Assembly (NCBI GenBank): GCA_021733835.1
Contig: JAIPKD010000001.1
Coordinates: 17,516-81,515, forward strand
Direction: 5' to 3'
From: Verrucomicrobiota bacterium
GTDB taxonomy: Bacteria; Verrucomicrobiota; Verrucomicrobiia; Limisphaerales; JAIPKD01
Length of the DNA stretch: 64,000 nt
Part shown: in pieces, positions 54,645 through 63,810 of the stretch
Layout of the letters: each line of letters starts with the position of its first letter
Numbering within the stretch: the first letter of the stretch is position 1
Translations under genes and position numbers: made by a program
Notes under the pieces: generated by a model
What the model was told of the DNA's origin: nothing
Seen by the model: the letters and a program-made list of their open reading frames with translations, nothing else
Database searches by the model: none

Positions 54645-56102
54645 ATGAAAAAGACAATTAATTCCCCGCGCGCAGTAGATTTATTTGATAATCAGATAAA
54701 CCGCCGGAGCTTTGTGAAGGGTTGCGCGGGATGTGCCGCCCTTGCCGTGGCCGCCAAGTACGGATTGATACCGGCGTTCGCCGGTGCGGACGTTGATTTG
54801 TTGCCCAAACAAAAGGCGCGGGTTCGCCTGGTGTTCAGCCATATAAGAAAGGGCACGCCGACCTGGCCGCACTCCGAATACGATTACGCTTCGCGAAAGA
54901 AGGAATTGACCGCGAAACTCCGGGAGTCGTGTCCGGACGTGGAGTTCCTTCCGGCGACTGCGATGAATACGGATGATGCAAAGAAACTGCTCGAGCAGGA
55001 CAAGGATGTGGACGGATACCTCGTGTACATGATGGGGCTTTGGACGGGTGCCCCGATCGAGATCGCCAAGTCGGGGAGCCCAACGCTGTTCGTTGACGAC
55101 TTATATGGTGGTTCCGGCGAATTCCTAATCGCGTATTCGGAAGCAAAGAAGAAAAACCTCAAAGTCGCCGGCGTCTCTTCTTCCGATTTCCGCGACGTGG
55201 TCGACGCGGTCAGGTGCTTTACTACCATCAAGAAACTGAAGCATTCCCTTATCCTGGATGTTACCGATAAAGAGGAGCTTTGGGGAAATCCGGAATCCAT
55301 CACCGACGTGTTCGGCACAAAGATTAAACGGATAACCTCGAAGGAACTGAACAAGGCATATTCAAACGCCGACCTGGATGCCGCGCAGAAGCAACGCCGA
55401 ATTTGGACTCGAAACGCGGCGCGCATAATTGAACCGACAAAGGACGAGATACTTAGGTCCGGGATTATATACCAAGCGATGAGCGACCTGATGACCGAAT
55501 ACAAGGCGCAGGCGCTGGCTATCGATTGTCTTTCCTTGTTTTACGGCGGGAAACTAAAGGCCTACCCGTGTCTCGGCCTATTCCAGTTTAATAACGACGG
55601 ATTAGTCGGAGCTTGTGAAGGCGATCTGCAGTCCACAATCACCATGCTGATCATGAACTACCTCGTTGGATTGCCGGGTTTCATTTCCGATCCGGTAATA
55701 GACACATCAAAGAATCAGATCATATACGCGCATTGTGTCTGTACGAATAAGCCTTTTGGTCACGATGCGCCGTCGAATCCGTATCATATACGCTCGCATT
55801 CCGAAGACCGGCACGGCGCCGCCGTACGGTCGCTCTTGCCGTTGGACGAGATAACAACCACACTCGAATTCAACGCCGAGCGCAAAGAGGTGATCATGCA
55901 TCGGGCCAGGACGGTCGAGAACATCGACGAGCCGAAGGCCTGCAGGACCAAGCTCGCGGCCGAGGTCATCGGCGATATCGACAAGCTGATGACGCATTGG
56001 GATAAATGGGGTTGGCATAGGGTGACCTTCTTCGGCGACCTAAAACGCCGGGTAGAGCACCTGAGCGCTTTGATGGGATTCAAGGTCATCGAGGAGGCGT
56101 AG
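54645..56102 (+). CDS. Tat-signal protein with L-fucose/L-arabinose isomerase-like C-terminal region
   Basis: The twin-arginine motif NRRSFVKG is followed by a hydrophobic region and AFA. The C-terminal half (GLVGACEGDLQSTITMLIMNYL..PGFISDPV ... WGWHRVTFFGDLKRRVEHLSALMGFKV) resembles the FucI/AraA-type isomerase family pattern. The family call is tentative. Confidence 0.45.
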   Translation: MKKTINSPRAVDLFDNQINRRSFVKGCAGCAALAVAAKYGLIPAFAGADVDLLPKQKARVRLVFSHIRKGTPTWPHSEYDYASRKKELTAKLRESCPDVEFLPATAMNTDDAKKLLEQDKDVDGYLVYMMGLWTGAPIEIAKSGSPTLFVDDLYGGSGEFLIAYSEAKKKNLKVAGVSSSDFRDVVDAVRCFTTIKKLKHSLILDVTDKEELWGNPESITDVFGTKIKRITSKELNKAYSNADLDAAQKQRRIWTRNAARIIEPTKDEILRSGIIYQAMSDLMTEYKAQALAIDCLSLFYGGKLKAYPCLGLFQFNNDGLVGACEGDLQSTITMLIMNYLVGLPGFISDPVIDTSKNQIIYAHCVCTNKPFGHDAPSNPYHIRSHSEDRHGAAVRSLLPLDEITTTLEFNAERKEVIMHRARTVENIDEPKACRTKLAAEVIGDIDKLMTHWDKWGWHRVTFFGDLKRRVEHLSALMGFKVIEEA

Positions 56103-56141
56103 AGACATTTTTGAGCGGCCACATAATATCGAAAGTATAAA

Positions 56142-57170
56142 ATGAACTTGATTCCTGTCTTTATAAGGTATCGGGGAATAGCGGCTGTTATGCCGTTTGC
56201 TCTGGCGTGGTTTTTCTTTGTCCCTGTGGTGAACTCATTCGCGTCGGACGAAGATCAATTCTTGAATCCGGTGGTGGAGAAGGGCGCCGATCCGTGGGTG
56301 ATATTCCAAGAAGGCGAGTACTACTACTGCTTTTCATCGAGGAATAGGATTTGGATCGCACGCGCCGGGAAATTACATGAAATAGGGCGTGCGGAGAAAA
56401 AGGCGGTCTGGAATCCGCCGCCGGATGCCGAATATTCAAGAGAACTTTGGGCGCCCGAGCTGCATCTGCTGGACGGTAAATGGTATATATACGTCGCCGC
56501 CGATGATGGTGATAATTATAACCATAGTATGTACGCGCTCGAACGCGCGGACGCCGACCCCCTGGGGCCGTTCACTTTCAAGGGAAAGGTTGCGGCGCCC
56601 CCCGATAAATGGGCCATTGACGGTACTGTCCTGGAAATGGGCGGTTTGCTCTATTTCATTTGGTCCGGATGGGAGGGAAATGTAAATGTCCGACAGAACC
56701 TGTATATCGCCCCCATGTCGAATCCATGGACTATCTGCGGGGAGCGAGTTTTGATTTCACGGCCTGTGTTCGATTGGGAAAAACATGGTGACCCGCTCGT
56801 GAATGAAGGCCCGGAGGTGCTGAAAAAGGATGGCAAGGTTTTCATAGTTTATTCTGCGAGCGGTTCTTGGACGGATCACTATTGCCTCGGTATGCTCACA
56901 CTCTCAGGAACGGAACCGTTGAAGCCCGGCGCTTGGAAGAAACATCCCGAGCCGGTGTTCGAGTCCACAGAGGATGTGATTGCGCCCGGTCACGCCTCGT
57001 TTGTACATACGACGGGTGGCGAGGATTGGATCGTTTATCATGCCGCCAAGTATAGCGGCGCAGGGTGGAACAGGAATGTGCGAATGCAAAGAATCCATTG
57101 GAGCGAATCGGGTTTGCCTGTTTTCGGCGCGCCGGTTTCGACAAATATGCCGTTGGACATTCCCGAATAA
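56142..57170 (+). CDS. Glycoside hydrolase family 43 protein (secreted)
   Basis: It has a signal peptide. GADPWVIFQEGEYYYCFS, LWAPELHLLDGKWYIYVAADDG, EGPEVLKKDGKVFIVYSAS and GHASF match the GH43 five-bladed propeller motifs, including the catalytic Asp/Asp/Glu contexts. Confidence 0.85.
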   Translation: MNLIPVFIRYRGIAAVMPFALAWFFFVPVVNSFASDEDQFLNPVVEKGADPWVIFQEGEYYYCFSSRNRIWIARAGKLHEIGRAEKKAVWNPPPDAEYSRELWAPELHLLDGKWYIYVAADDGDNYNHSMYALERADADPLGPFTFKGKVAAPPDKWAIDGTVLEMGGLLYFIWSGWEGNVNVRQNLYIAPMSNPWTICGERVLISRPVFDWEKHGDPLVNEGPEVLKKDGKVFIVYSASGSWTDHYCLGMLTLSGTEPLKPGAWKKHPEPVFESTEDVIAPGHASFVHTTGGEDWIVYHAAKYSGAGWNRNVRMQRIHWSESGLPVFGAPVSTNMPLDIPE

Positions 57171-57226
57171 GCGCATGTTTAATAATCGCCGGCGAATATC
57201 ATACAAGGAGGAATAAGAGCGAAGTC

Positions 57227-57925
57227 CTATATATCCAGGGGAAGGTTATTCTCTCCTTCATCGGCCGGCTCGATGCATTTCGGGGAATCGTTCCGCGGCG
57301 AATTCATGAACCGCGAGACTCGGGAGTACGATAACCTCGAAGACGGAAACGGCGCGAGGATGTTACTAAGTTCTTCAGGGGTGATGATGTTTCCCGAGAG
57401 CCATGTATCCTCGGAGGCCTGGTCGAGGATAGCCGGCATCCGGTTATGGATGGGCGCCATGATTTCATTCGGTGTTACGGTAATTAGAGCGAATGTCTGT
57501 AAGAGTAGGCCGGTTGTAGGATCGTTGTGTTCTTCCCACAGCCCGGCGAAACCGAACAGCGCACCGCCGTCTACGGTGAAATAACAAGGCGTTTTCGCAT
57601 TCCCTTCTTTCTTCCACTCGTAGAAGCCGTCTGCGGGGATGATGCAACGCCGGTGCCTGAACGCGGACTTGAACGAGGCCTTCGAGTTGATGGTTTCCGC
57701 GCGGGCGTTGATAAGTGGTTTGGTTTGTGTCGCGTCTTTTGCCCATGAGGGGATGAACCCCCATTTAAAGAATTGAATGCCGCGCGCGCCGTTGTTTGTG
57801 ATGACCGGCGCGAGTTGCGACGGCGCAATATTATAACGCGGTTTGAGATTGTTCGCGGCGGTGTTCAGTTTGAACCTTTCCGTGACGGCCCTCCCTGATT
57901 GATGCAATGTATAGCGTGCGCACAT
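57227..57925 (-). CDS. SOS response-associated peptidase (SRAP/YedK family)
   Basis: The N-terminal MCARYTL carries the catalytic Cys2. The product is 232 aa, and ...GFYEWKK... is the family motif. Confidence 0.9.
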   Translation of the reverse strand: MCARYTLHQSGRAVTERFKLNTAANNLKPRYNIAPSQLAPVITNNGARGIQFFKWGFIPSWAKDATQTKPLINARAETINSKASFKSAFRHRRCIIPADGFYEWKKEGNAKTPCYFTVDGGALFGFAGLWEEHNDPTTGLLLQTFALITVTPNEIMAPIHNRMPAILDQASEDTWLSGNIITPEELSNILAPFPSSRLSYSRVSRFMNSPRNDSPKCIEPADEGENNLPLDI

Positions 57926-58041
57926 AGGGATCGGATTCTATTGGTTTAGTCGATTGAATATTTTGTTAAGCTCTTGATGGTTGAATATCCATTGAATCGG
58001 CGGTTCTCGTCAACGTAGAATGAGTAAGTCGTTGTGGGTTT

Positions 58042-58827
58042 TCACCGGGCGCTCGATAATGGATTGTCGATTTCCGCAACTATTACTTCGATTCCTTTTG
58101 ATCGAAGTTCGCGGACAAGTCCGGCCGGCGCCTTCGAGTCGGTGATCACCATGTCGACCTGATCGAGGTTGCATAAGAATGACACGGATTTGCGATTGAA
58201 CTTACTGCTGTCCATGCAAAACACCACCTTGCTCGCGGCGCGTATCATGGCGCGTTGAATGCCGATGAGGAGTCCGTGCGAATTCGTTATGCCGTCGGAT
58301 GTGATCCCGCCTGCGCCCATTATTGCAATGTCCGCATGCATTTTTCCGAACGCCTCCACCGCCAGGGGGCCGACTAGGACGCCGAGTCTCGGGTAAACCA
58401 CGCCGCCGGAGACGATTATCTCCGTCAGTGCCGCGGATGCGAACAGGTTGGCGACCGGGAGCGAGTTCGTGATTATCTGGAACCTGGTATCCTCCAGGTG
58501 CTTGGCGACATGGTAAACCGTAGTCCCTGCGTCCATGATAATTGTATGCCCCGGTTCCAGCAATCCCGCGCAGACCCGTCCGATGGCGCTTTTCTCGGAC
58601 ATCTGCCGTGTATCGCGGGAGGTGAATATGAATTCGTCTGTGCGTGGATTTATGATCCTTGCGCCGCCATGGGTTCTTCTTACCGTACCAGCCGCCTCCA
58701 GCGCCGTGAGGTCGCGTCGGACGGTCGACTGTGAAGCGTTTACATGCTCCGCCAGCTCTTCCAGCGATGCGAACTCGGTCTTCTGAAGATAGGTTTCAAT
58801 AAATTTCCTGCGTGCTTCCGGTTGCAT
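58042..58827 (-). CDS. DeoR/GlpR family transcriptional regulator
   Basis: The N-terminal HTH is SLEELAEHVNASQSTVRRDLTALEAAGTVRRTHGGA, followed by a DeoR C-terminal sugar-phosphate-binding domain. It is divergent from the BMC operon. Confidence 0.9.
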   Translation of the reverse strand: MQPEARRKFIETYLQKTEFASLEELAEHVNASQSTVRRDLTALEAAGTVRRTHGGARIINPRTDEFIFTSRDTRQMSEKSAIGRVCAGLLEPGHTIIMDAGTTVYHVAKHLEDTRFQIITNSLPVANLFASAALTEIIVSGGVVYPRLGVLVGPLAVEAFGKMHADIAIMGAGGITSDGITNSHGLLIGIQRAMIRAASKVVFCMDSSKFNRKSVSFLCNLDQVDMVITDSKAPAGLVRELRSKGIEVIVAEIDNPLSSAR

Positions 58828-58925
58828 TAGTGATAGAATATGAGAGATTATGAAAAAAATTGCAACATTCGATTTGACACCGGGCTGGATTTTGAGAGAA
58901 TCCGTACAAATTGGTTGGTTTGTTT

Positions 58926-59606
58926 ATGACGACTCAGACACAAATACCGCCGAGGGCGACCATCGAGCACATGGTCAGGCAGCTGGTTTATGCCCGGCTT
59001 GGCAAGGAGCTGCCGCGGTCGGCCAATGCGCCGCATCCGCTGGTAGTGAATGTGAGCGCGCGGCATTGTCATTTGACTGCGGAGGCGGTTGAGGCGTTGT
59101 TCGGCGCCGGACATGAATTGACGCCTTTCAGGTGGTTGTATCAGGAGGGGCAATTCGCGGCGAAGGAGACGGTGACGTTGATAGGGCCGCGGAGCAGGAT
59201 TATTTCGAATCTTCGGATTCTGGGGCCGTGCAGGTCGTTGAACCAGGTTGAGCTGGCATATACGGATGCCGTGGCATTGGGATTCGATGTGCCGTTGAGG
59301 ATTTCGGGAGACATCGAAAACACACCCGGCTGCATGTTGATGGGGCCGTCGGGTTTCTTGAAGATGGATAAGGGTGTGATCCGCGCCATGCGTCATGTGC
59401 ATATGGATGCGGAGGATGCGGCATTTTACGGGGTCAAGGACGGTGCGAGTATGAAGCTTCGGGTTGGGGGTGATTGCGGTTTGACCCTCGAGAAGTTGCT
59501 TGTGCGGGTCAAGCCCGAGTTCAAACTCGAGGTGCACATCGATACCGATGAAGGTAATGCCTGCAATCTCGGTGCGGCGACGCCGTGCGAATTGATCGGT
59601 GATTGA
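58926..59606 (+). CDS. pduL: PduL-type phosphotransacylase with N-terminal encapsulation-peptide-like helix
   Basis: The two PduL repeats are VNVSARHCHL... and IRAMRHVHMD..., with ...HIDTDEGNA. The ATG at 58926 is preferred over the TTG at 58911. Confidence 0.9.
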   Translation: MTTQTQIPPRATIEHMVRQLVYARLGKELPRSANAPHPLVVNVSARHCHLTAEAVEALFGAGHELTPFRWLYQEGQFAAKETVTLIGPRSRIISNLRILGPCRSLNQVELAYTDAVALGFDVPLRISGDIENTPGCMLMGPSGFLKMDKGVIRAMRHVHMDAEDAAFYGVKDGASMKLRVGGDCGLTLEKLLVRVKPEFKLEVHIDTDEGNACNLGAATPCELIGD

Positions 59607-59667
59607 GATGGATTTGAAGTTTAGTTAATTATAATTCAGAGAAAAACAATCAAATAAGGAAACAAAA

Positions 59668-59964
59668 ATGAGTGAAGCACTAGGCATGATCGAGACCAAG
59701 GGGTACGTCGGCTGCGTTGAAGCCAGTGACGCCATGGTCAAGGCGGCCAATGTAAGCCTCGTCCGAACCATTCCGATTGGAGGCGGGCTTATAACGGTAT
59801 TGGCAAAAGGCGACGTCGGCAGTATTAAGGCGGCCGTCGATGCCGGCTCGAAGGCGGCCGGCAGAGTCGGCGAGTTAGTAAGCGCGCATATCATTGCGCG
59901 TCCACACGAGGAACTGACCAAGAGTTTTATGAGCAGCGGTTCCTCGGCCAAGCAATCCAAATAA
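59668..59964 (+). CDS. BMC-H shell protein (Pfam00936-type hexamer)
   Basis: EALGMIETKGYVGCVEASDAMVKAANVSLV...GDVGSIKAAVDAG...HIIARPH. Confidence 0.95.
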   Translation: MSEALGMIETKGYVGCVEASDAMVKAANVSLVRTIPIGGGLITVLAKGDVGSIKAAVDAGSKAAGRVGELVSAHIIARPHEELTKSFMSSGSSAKQSK

Positions 59965-59997
59965 ACATCAATAAAAACGATTACGACAGGAAATCCT

Positions 59998-60273
59998 ATG
60001 GTTCAACAAGCGATTGGAATGATAGAGACCAAAGGTGTTTGCGCCATGATCGAAGCGGCGGACGCCGCGCTGAAGGCGGCGAACGTGGTCTTTACCGGAT
60101 GGGAAAAGATCGGCAGCGGATACGTGACGGCCTTTTTCCGTGGTGATGTGGCCGCCGTAAAGGCGGCGACAGACGCCGGCGCCGCAGCGGCGGCGCAGGT
60201 GGGACAGGTGATCAGTGTCCAGGTCATACCGCGGCCGCACGAAGATTTGTCGATACTCGGCAAATGGCTATAA
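59998..60273 (+). CDS. BMC-H shell protein
   Basis: [29 protein letters not shown]...[13 protein letters not shown]...VIPRPH. Confidence 0.95.
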   Translation: MVQQAIGMIETKGVCAMIEAADAALKAANVVFTGWEKIGSGYVTAFFRGDVAAVKAATDAGAAAAAQVGQVISVQVIPRPHEDLSILGKWL

Positions 60274-60300
60274 CGCGAACGGTTAGTGAGTGAGAGGCGC

Positions 60301-61494
60301 ATGAAAATTCTCGTAGCCAATCTCGGTTCGACATCGCTCAAGTACCGCCTATTCGATTGCTCCGGCGGCGAGGAGCGCATGTTGACCCGTGGCGGGTTCG
60401 AGAGGGTTCAGGAGTACTCCGAGGCGATAGACTCGTGCCTGGATGAATTGAAGTCCGGCGGCTGGATAAGCGACGAAAGCGAACTGGCGGCGGTCGGATT
60501 CAAGCCCATCCTCGCCAAAGGTATCACCGGCTGTGTGTTAATGGACGAAGCAGTCCTGGCCGCAATGGAGGAATGCAATTGTATCGCGCCGGCGCACAAT
60601 CCGCCGTATGTGGAGGGTGTGCGCAAGTTCGCCGGCCGGATGCCGGAGACGCCGATGATTGGTTTGTTTGAGACTGCGTTTTACCAGTGGGCGCCCGAGG
60701 AGGCCATGCGCTACGCGGTTCCGGAGCAATGGTACGAGATGGGGGTCAGACGCTGGGGTTACCACGGCGCCAGCCACAAGTTTATAGCGGAGCGCTCGGC
60801 CGAGTTGCTGGGACGCGATGACGTGGCGGCGCGCTCCAGGACGCTGTATGTGAACAACGGGGGAGCGGAATTACGCGGAACCGATTTGCGCGTTATTTCC
60901 TGCCACCTCGGCGGCAGCTCTTCGATCACCGGCATACTAAACGGCGCCGGTATTGGCAACAGCCTCGGTATGAGTCCGCAGTCCGGATTGCCGCACAATA
61001 ATCGCGTAGGCGACCTTGACTCGTTCGCCGTGCCTTTCATCATGCGCCGTACCGGCTGCGATGTTGCCGAGGTCGAACGCATGCTCTGCAAGGAGTCCGG
61101 TCTCAAAGGGCTTTCCGGCGGGTTCAACGATCTCAGAGATGTCTTGGAACGCGCGGCACACGGTGACGCGCGGGCGCAGCTCGCCTTTCGCGTTCTAGTG
61201 CACCATGCGCGGCATTGGATAGGCGCCTTCCTTGCGGAACTCAACGGCGCGGACGCGATCGTATTTACCGCGGGCATAGGCGAGAACAATCCGCAGGTGC
61301 GCGATGCCGTCTGTCGTGGACTCGATCAGTTGGGTGTGAAACTTGATGCCGACGCAAATAGTATCGCCACCGGGATCGAAAGGAAGATCAGCGCCGCCGA
61401 CTCGCCGGTTCAGGCTTGGGTGATACCCACCAACGAGGAGCTGGTAATAGCGCGTGAGGCGAAGCGTTTTTTGGAATGTAGAAGTGGTACATGA
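60301..61494 (+). CDS. ackA: Acetate kinase
   Basis: MKILVANLGSTSLKYRLFD, then RWGYHGASHKF and SCHLGGSSSITG, then FTAGIGENN. The ATG at 60301 is preferred over the GTG at 60286. Confidence 0.95.
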   Translation: MKILVANLGSTSLKYRLFDCSGGEERMLTRGGFERVQEYSEAIDSCLDELKSGGWISDESELAAVGFKPILAKGITGCVLMDEAVLAAMEECNCIAPAHNPPYVEGVRKFAGRMPETPMIGLFETAFYQWAPEEAMRYAVPEQWYEMGVRRWGYHGASHKFIAERSAELLGRDDVAARSRTLYVNNGGAELRGTDLRVISCHLGGSSSITGILNGAGIGNSLGMSPQSGLPHNNRVGDLDSFAVPFIMRRTGCDVAEVERMLCKESGLKGLSGGFNDLRDVLERAAHGDARAQLAFRVLVHHARHWIGAFLAELNGADAIVFTAGIGENNPQVRDAVCRGLDQLGVKLDADANSIATGIERKISAADSPVQAWVIPTNEELVIAREAKRFLECRSGT

Positions 61495-61570
61495 CCGGCG
61501 GTGATTTTCGGTAAATGAAAATTGATTTAGGTTAGAAGGCAATAAATTAAAAGAATAAGTATTTAATATT

Positions 61571-61864
61571 ATGGCACAAGAAGCTATTGGAATGTTGGAA
61601 ACACGCGGGCTCGTCGCCCTGGTGGAAGGGACCGATGCCATGCTCAAGGCGGCCAACGTGACGTTGGCGGGGCCGATGACACAGGTCGGAAACGCGTTCG
61701 TTACCGCCGTGGTTATCGGCGATGTCGCGGCGGTCAAGGCCGCCACGGACGCCGGAGCCCAGGCCGTCAAGAACATCGGCGGCGAATTGGCCAGCGTGCA
61801 TGTGATTGCGCGGCCGCATTCGGATGTGGACGCGGTTCTGCCCCGTAAATCAACCGCCAAGTAA
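61571..61864 (+). CDS. BMC-H shell protein
   Basis: EAIGMLETRGLVALVEGTDAMLKAANVTL...[13 protein letters not shown]...VIARPH. Confidence 0.95.
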   Translation: MAQEAIGMLETRGLVALVEGTDAMLKAANVTLAGPMTQVGNAFVTAVVIGDVAAVKAATDAGAQAVKNIGGELASVHVIARPHSDVDAVLPRKSTAK

Positions 61865-61869
61865 CGCGT

Positions 61870-62199
61870 ATGTTTCTGGCTCGTGTAGAAGGCGCCGTGG
61901 TCGCCACCAAGAAACATGAAGCCATGAGCGGGCGTAAGCTCTTGCTCCTGCGGCCTCAGGTGGTGAATGACAAAGACCCGTCGCGGTTGAAGCCGGGATC
62001 GAATACGATCGTGGCCGTGGACAGCGTGGGCGCGGGCGAAGGCGAGCTGGTGATGTTCTGTCAGGGCAGCTCGGCGCGACTCGCGCAGAGCCTGAAAGAG
62101 GCGCCCGTGGATGCGGTCATCATCGGCATAGTCGATTCCGTGGACGTTCTGGGTAAACAGATATTCAATGCCCGTGAGCGTTACGCCGACGGCGAGTGA
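61870..62199 (+). CDS. BMC-P vertex protein (EutN/CcmL/PduN family)
   Basis: MFLARVEGAVVATKKHEAMSGRKLLLL...VAVDSVGAGEGELVMFCQGSSAR...DAVIIGIVDSV. Confidence 0.9.
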   Translation: MFLARVEGAVVATKKHEAMSGRKLLLLRPQVVNDKDPSRLKPGSNTIVAVDSVGAGEGELVMFCQGSSARLAQSLKEAPVDAVIIGIVDSVDVLGKQIFNARERYADGE

Positions 62200-62300
62200 A
62201 AGTGAGCGCCATGGCGAAGCCGGAATTGAGTTCCTTCGAACTCTGTTAATGCCGGCTCGGGCGTGTGGAATGTCGTGAATTCAAGCATTGGGGTTTTATA

Positions 62301-63800
62301 ATGACTCATCACAATATCAATGAAGAACTTATAAAGGATGTCGTCGAAGAAGTCCTCGGACGTCTGGGGCATTCTTCCGGAGATGCCGCAGCCAAGCCGG
62401 CGCCGGCGCAGAGCGGCAATCCCGCCGTGGCGCCGTCGATTACGACGCAGACCGCTACAGGCGGCAGGAGGTTCGGCGTCTTCCAGGACGCAAGAAGCGC
62501 GTGTGCCGCCGCGGCGGTTGCGCACGAGCAGTTGAACGAGAAGGGTGTAGACGGACGCAGGCGGGTTATCGATATCGTGAAGACGCTTGCCGATAAAAAC
62601 TCCGCCGAGTGGGGACGGATCGAGCTCGAAGAGAGCGGCATCGGTCGGCTGGATCATAAGATCGAGAAGCTGAAAATAATCAAGCTCGTCCCCGGCGTCG
62701 AGTTTTTGCATCCGGAAGGGATGAGCGGTGATCATGGGATTACACTTGAGGAATATACGCCGTTTGGTGTGATAGGCGCTATTACGCCGTCGACACATTC
62801 GATCCCCACCATCAGTGGAAACGTTGTGAGCATGGTGGCGGCGGGCAACGCCGTCGTGTTCAATCCGCACCCCGGCGCCAAGCGCTGTGCGGTTACGGCG
62901 GTTCGCGCATACAACGAGGCGATATACCGCGAGCTGGGCATCGAGAATCTGATTTGTGTTATCGAGGAGCCGACGATCGAGTCTTTCAAGGGCATTTGCG
63001 AAAGCGACGCGGTGGGATTGCTCTGTGTCACCGGCGGCCCCGGAGTGGTGAAGGCGGCGATGAAGACGGGCAAGCGCGCCGTTTGTGCCGGCCCCGGCAA
63101 CCCGCCTGTTCTCGTGGATGAAACGGCGGACATCAATCGCGCCGCAAACGGTGTAGTGACCGGCGCGGCTTATGACAATAATCTGCTTTGCATAGGCGAG
63201 AAGGAGGTATTCGTTCTCGAGTCCGTTGCCGATTCGTTTATGCAAAGCTTGGAGAAGAACGGCGGATTCCGGTTGAATGCCGATCAATGGTCGCGGCTTA
63301 CGAAGGAGGTATTTACGTTTAAAGAAGGCGAGGGCGCGGGCTGTCCGATGCCGGTGTTGAATAAGGCGATGGTCGGCAAGGACGCAGTTTATCTGGCGCG
63401 CATCGCCGGCGCCGCCGCACCGGCGGGGACGGAAATACTGTTTGCCGAGACCGGCGCTGATGATGCGTTCGTCGAGGAAGAGCAGATGATGCCCGTGGTT
63501 CCTGTCGTTCGCGTCAAGAGCGTGGAGGAAGGGATCAGCGCCGCGAAAAAGGCCGAACACGGTTTTAAGCATACATCGATCATTCATTCGCATGATGTGA
63601 GTCGGATGACTGCAATGGCCAGGGCGTTGAAAACGACGTTGTTCGTCAAGAACGGCCCGAGCGTAGCAGGTCTGGGCATAGGCGGCGAAGGATACTTGAG
63701 TTATTCGATAGCGACGCCGACCGGCGAAGGGATCACGAATCCTAAGACCTTCACGCGCGTACGCAGGTGCGTCATGGTCGATAATCTCCGTATTTATTAG
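62301..63800 (+). CDS. Acylating aldehyde dehydrogenase (PduP/EutE-like) with N-terminal encapsulation-peptide-like helix and Ala/Pro linker
   Basis: The ALDH core includes AGNAVVFNPHPGAKRC, GGPGVV and the catalytic-Cys context NNLLCIGEKE. The N-terminal EELIKDVVEEVLGRLG is followed by AAKPAPAQSGNPAVAPS. The ATG at 62301 is preferred. Confidence 0.9.
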   Translation: MTHHNINEELIKDVVEEVLGRLGHSSGDAAAKPAPAQSGNPAVAPSITTQTATGGRRFGVFQDARSACAAAAVAHEQLNEKGVDGRRRVIDIVKTLADKNSAEWGRIELEESGIGRLDHKIEKLKIIKLVPGVEFLHPEGMSGDHGITLEEYTPFGVIGAITPSTHSIPTISGNVVSMVAAGNAVVFNPHPGAKRCAVTAVRAYNEAIYRELGIENLICVIEEPTIESFKGICESDAVGLLCVTGGPGVVKAAMKTGKRAVCAGPGNPPVLVDETADINRAANGVVTGAAYDNNLLCIGEKEVFVLESVADSFMQSLEKNGGFRLNADQWSRLTKEVFTFKEGEGAGCPMPVLNKAMVGKDAVYLARIAGAAAPAGTEILFAETGADDAFVEEEQMMPVVPVVRVKSVEEGISAAKKAEHGFKHTSIIHSHDVSRMTAMARALKTTLFVKNGPSVAGLGIGGEGYLSYSIATPTGEGITNPKTFTRVRRCVMVDNLRIY

Positions 63801-63810
63801 GAGCGATTAG

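Noticed and set aside
57171-57226. The palindrome TCGCCGGCGA between the convergent GH43 and SRAP genes was considered as a bidirectional terminator.
   Set aside because: The stem is only 10 bp with no loop and no flanking T/A runs. The evidence is insufficient.
58828-58925. I looked for specific DeoR operator and promoter calls in the deoR/pduL divergent region (TTGACA at 58874-58879; TTGCAA at 58860-58865).
   Set aside because: -35-like hexamers are present, but the -10 partners (GAGAAT, CATATT) are weak and no clear palindromic operator is visible. It was left unannotated.
62181-63593. A 470-aa minus-strand ORF lies opposite the aldehyde dehydrogenase. There are similar antisense ORFs at 53599-54444, 58848-59537, 61195-61917, 60759-61289, 40489-41118, 29308-30375 and 32209-32868.
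   Set aside because: These are shadow ORFs typical of GC-rich coding regions. The opposite strand carries unmistakable family motifs (ALDH, PFK, PduL, BMC-H/AckA, GspF, PPDK, ClpB), while these translations are Arg/Gly/His-rich with no motifs.
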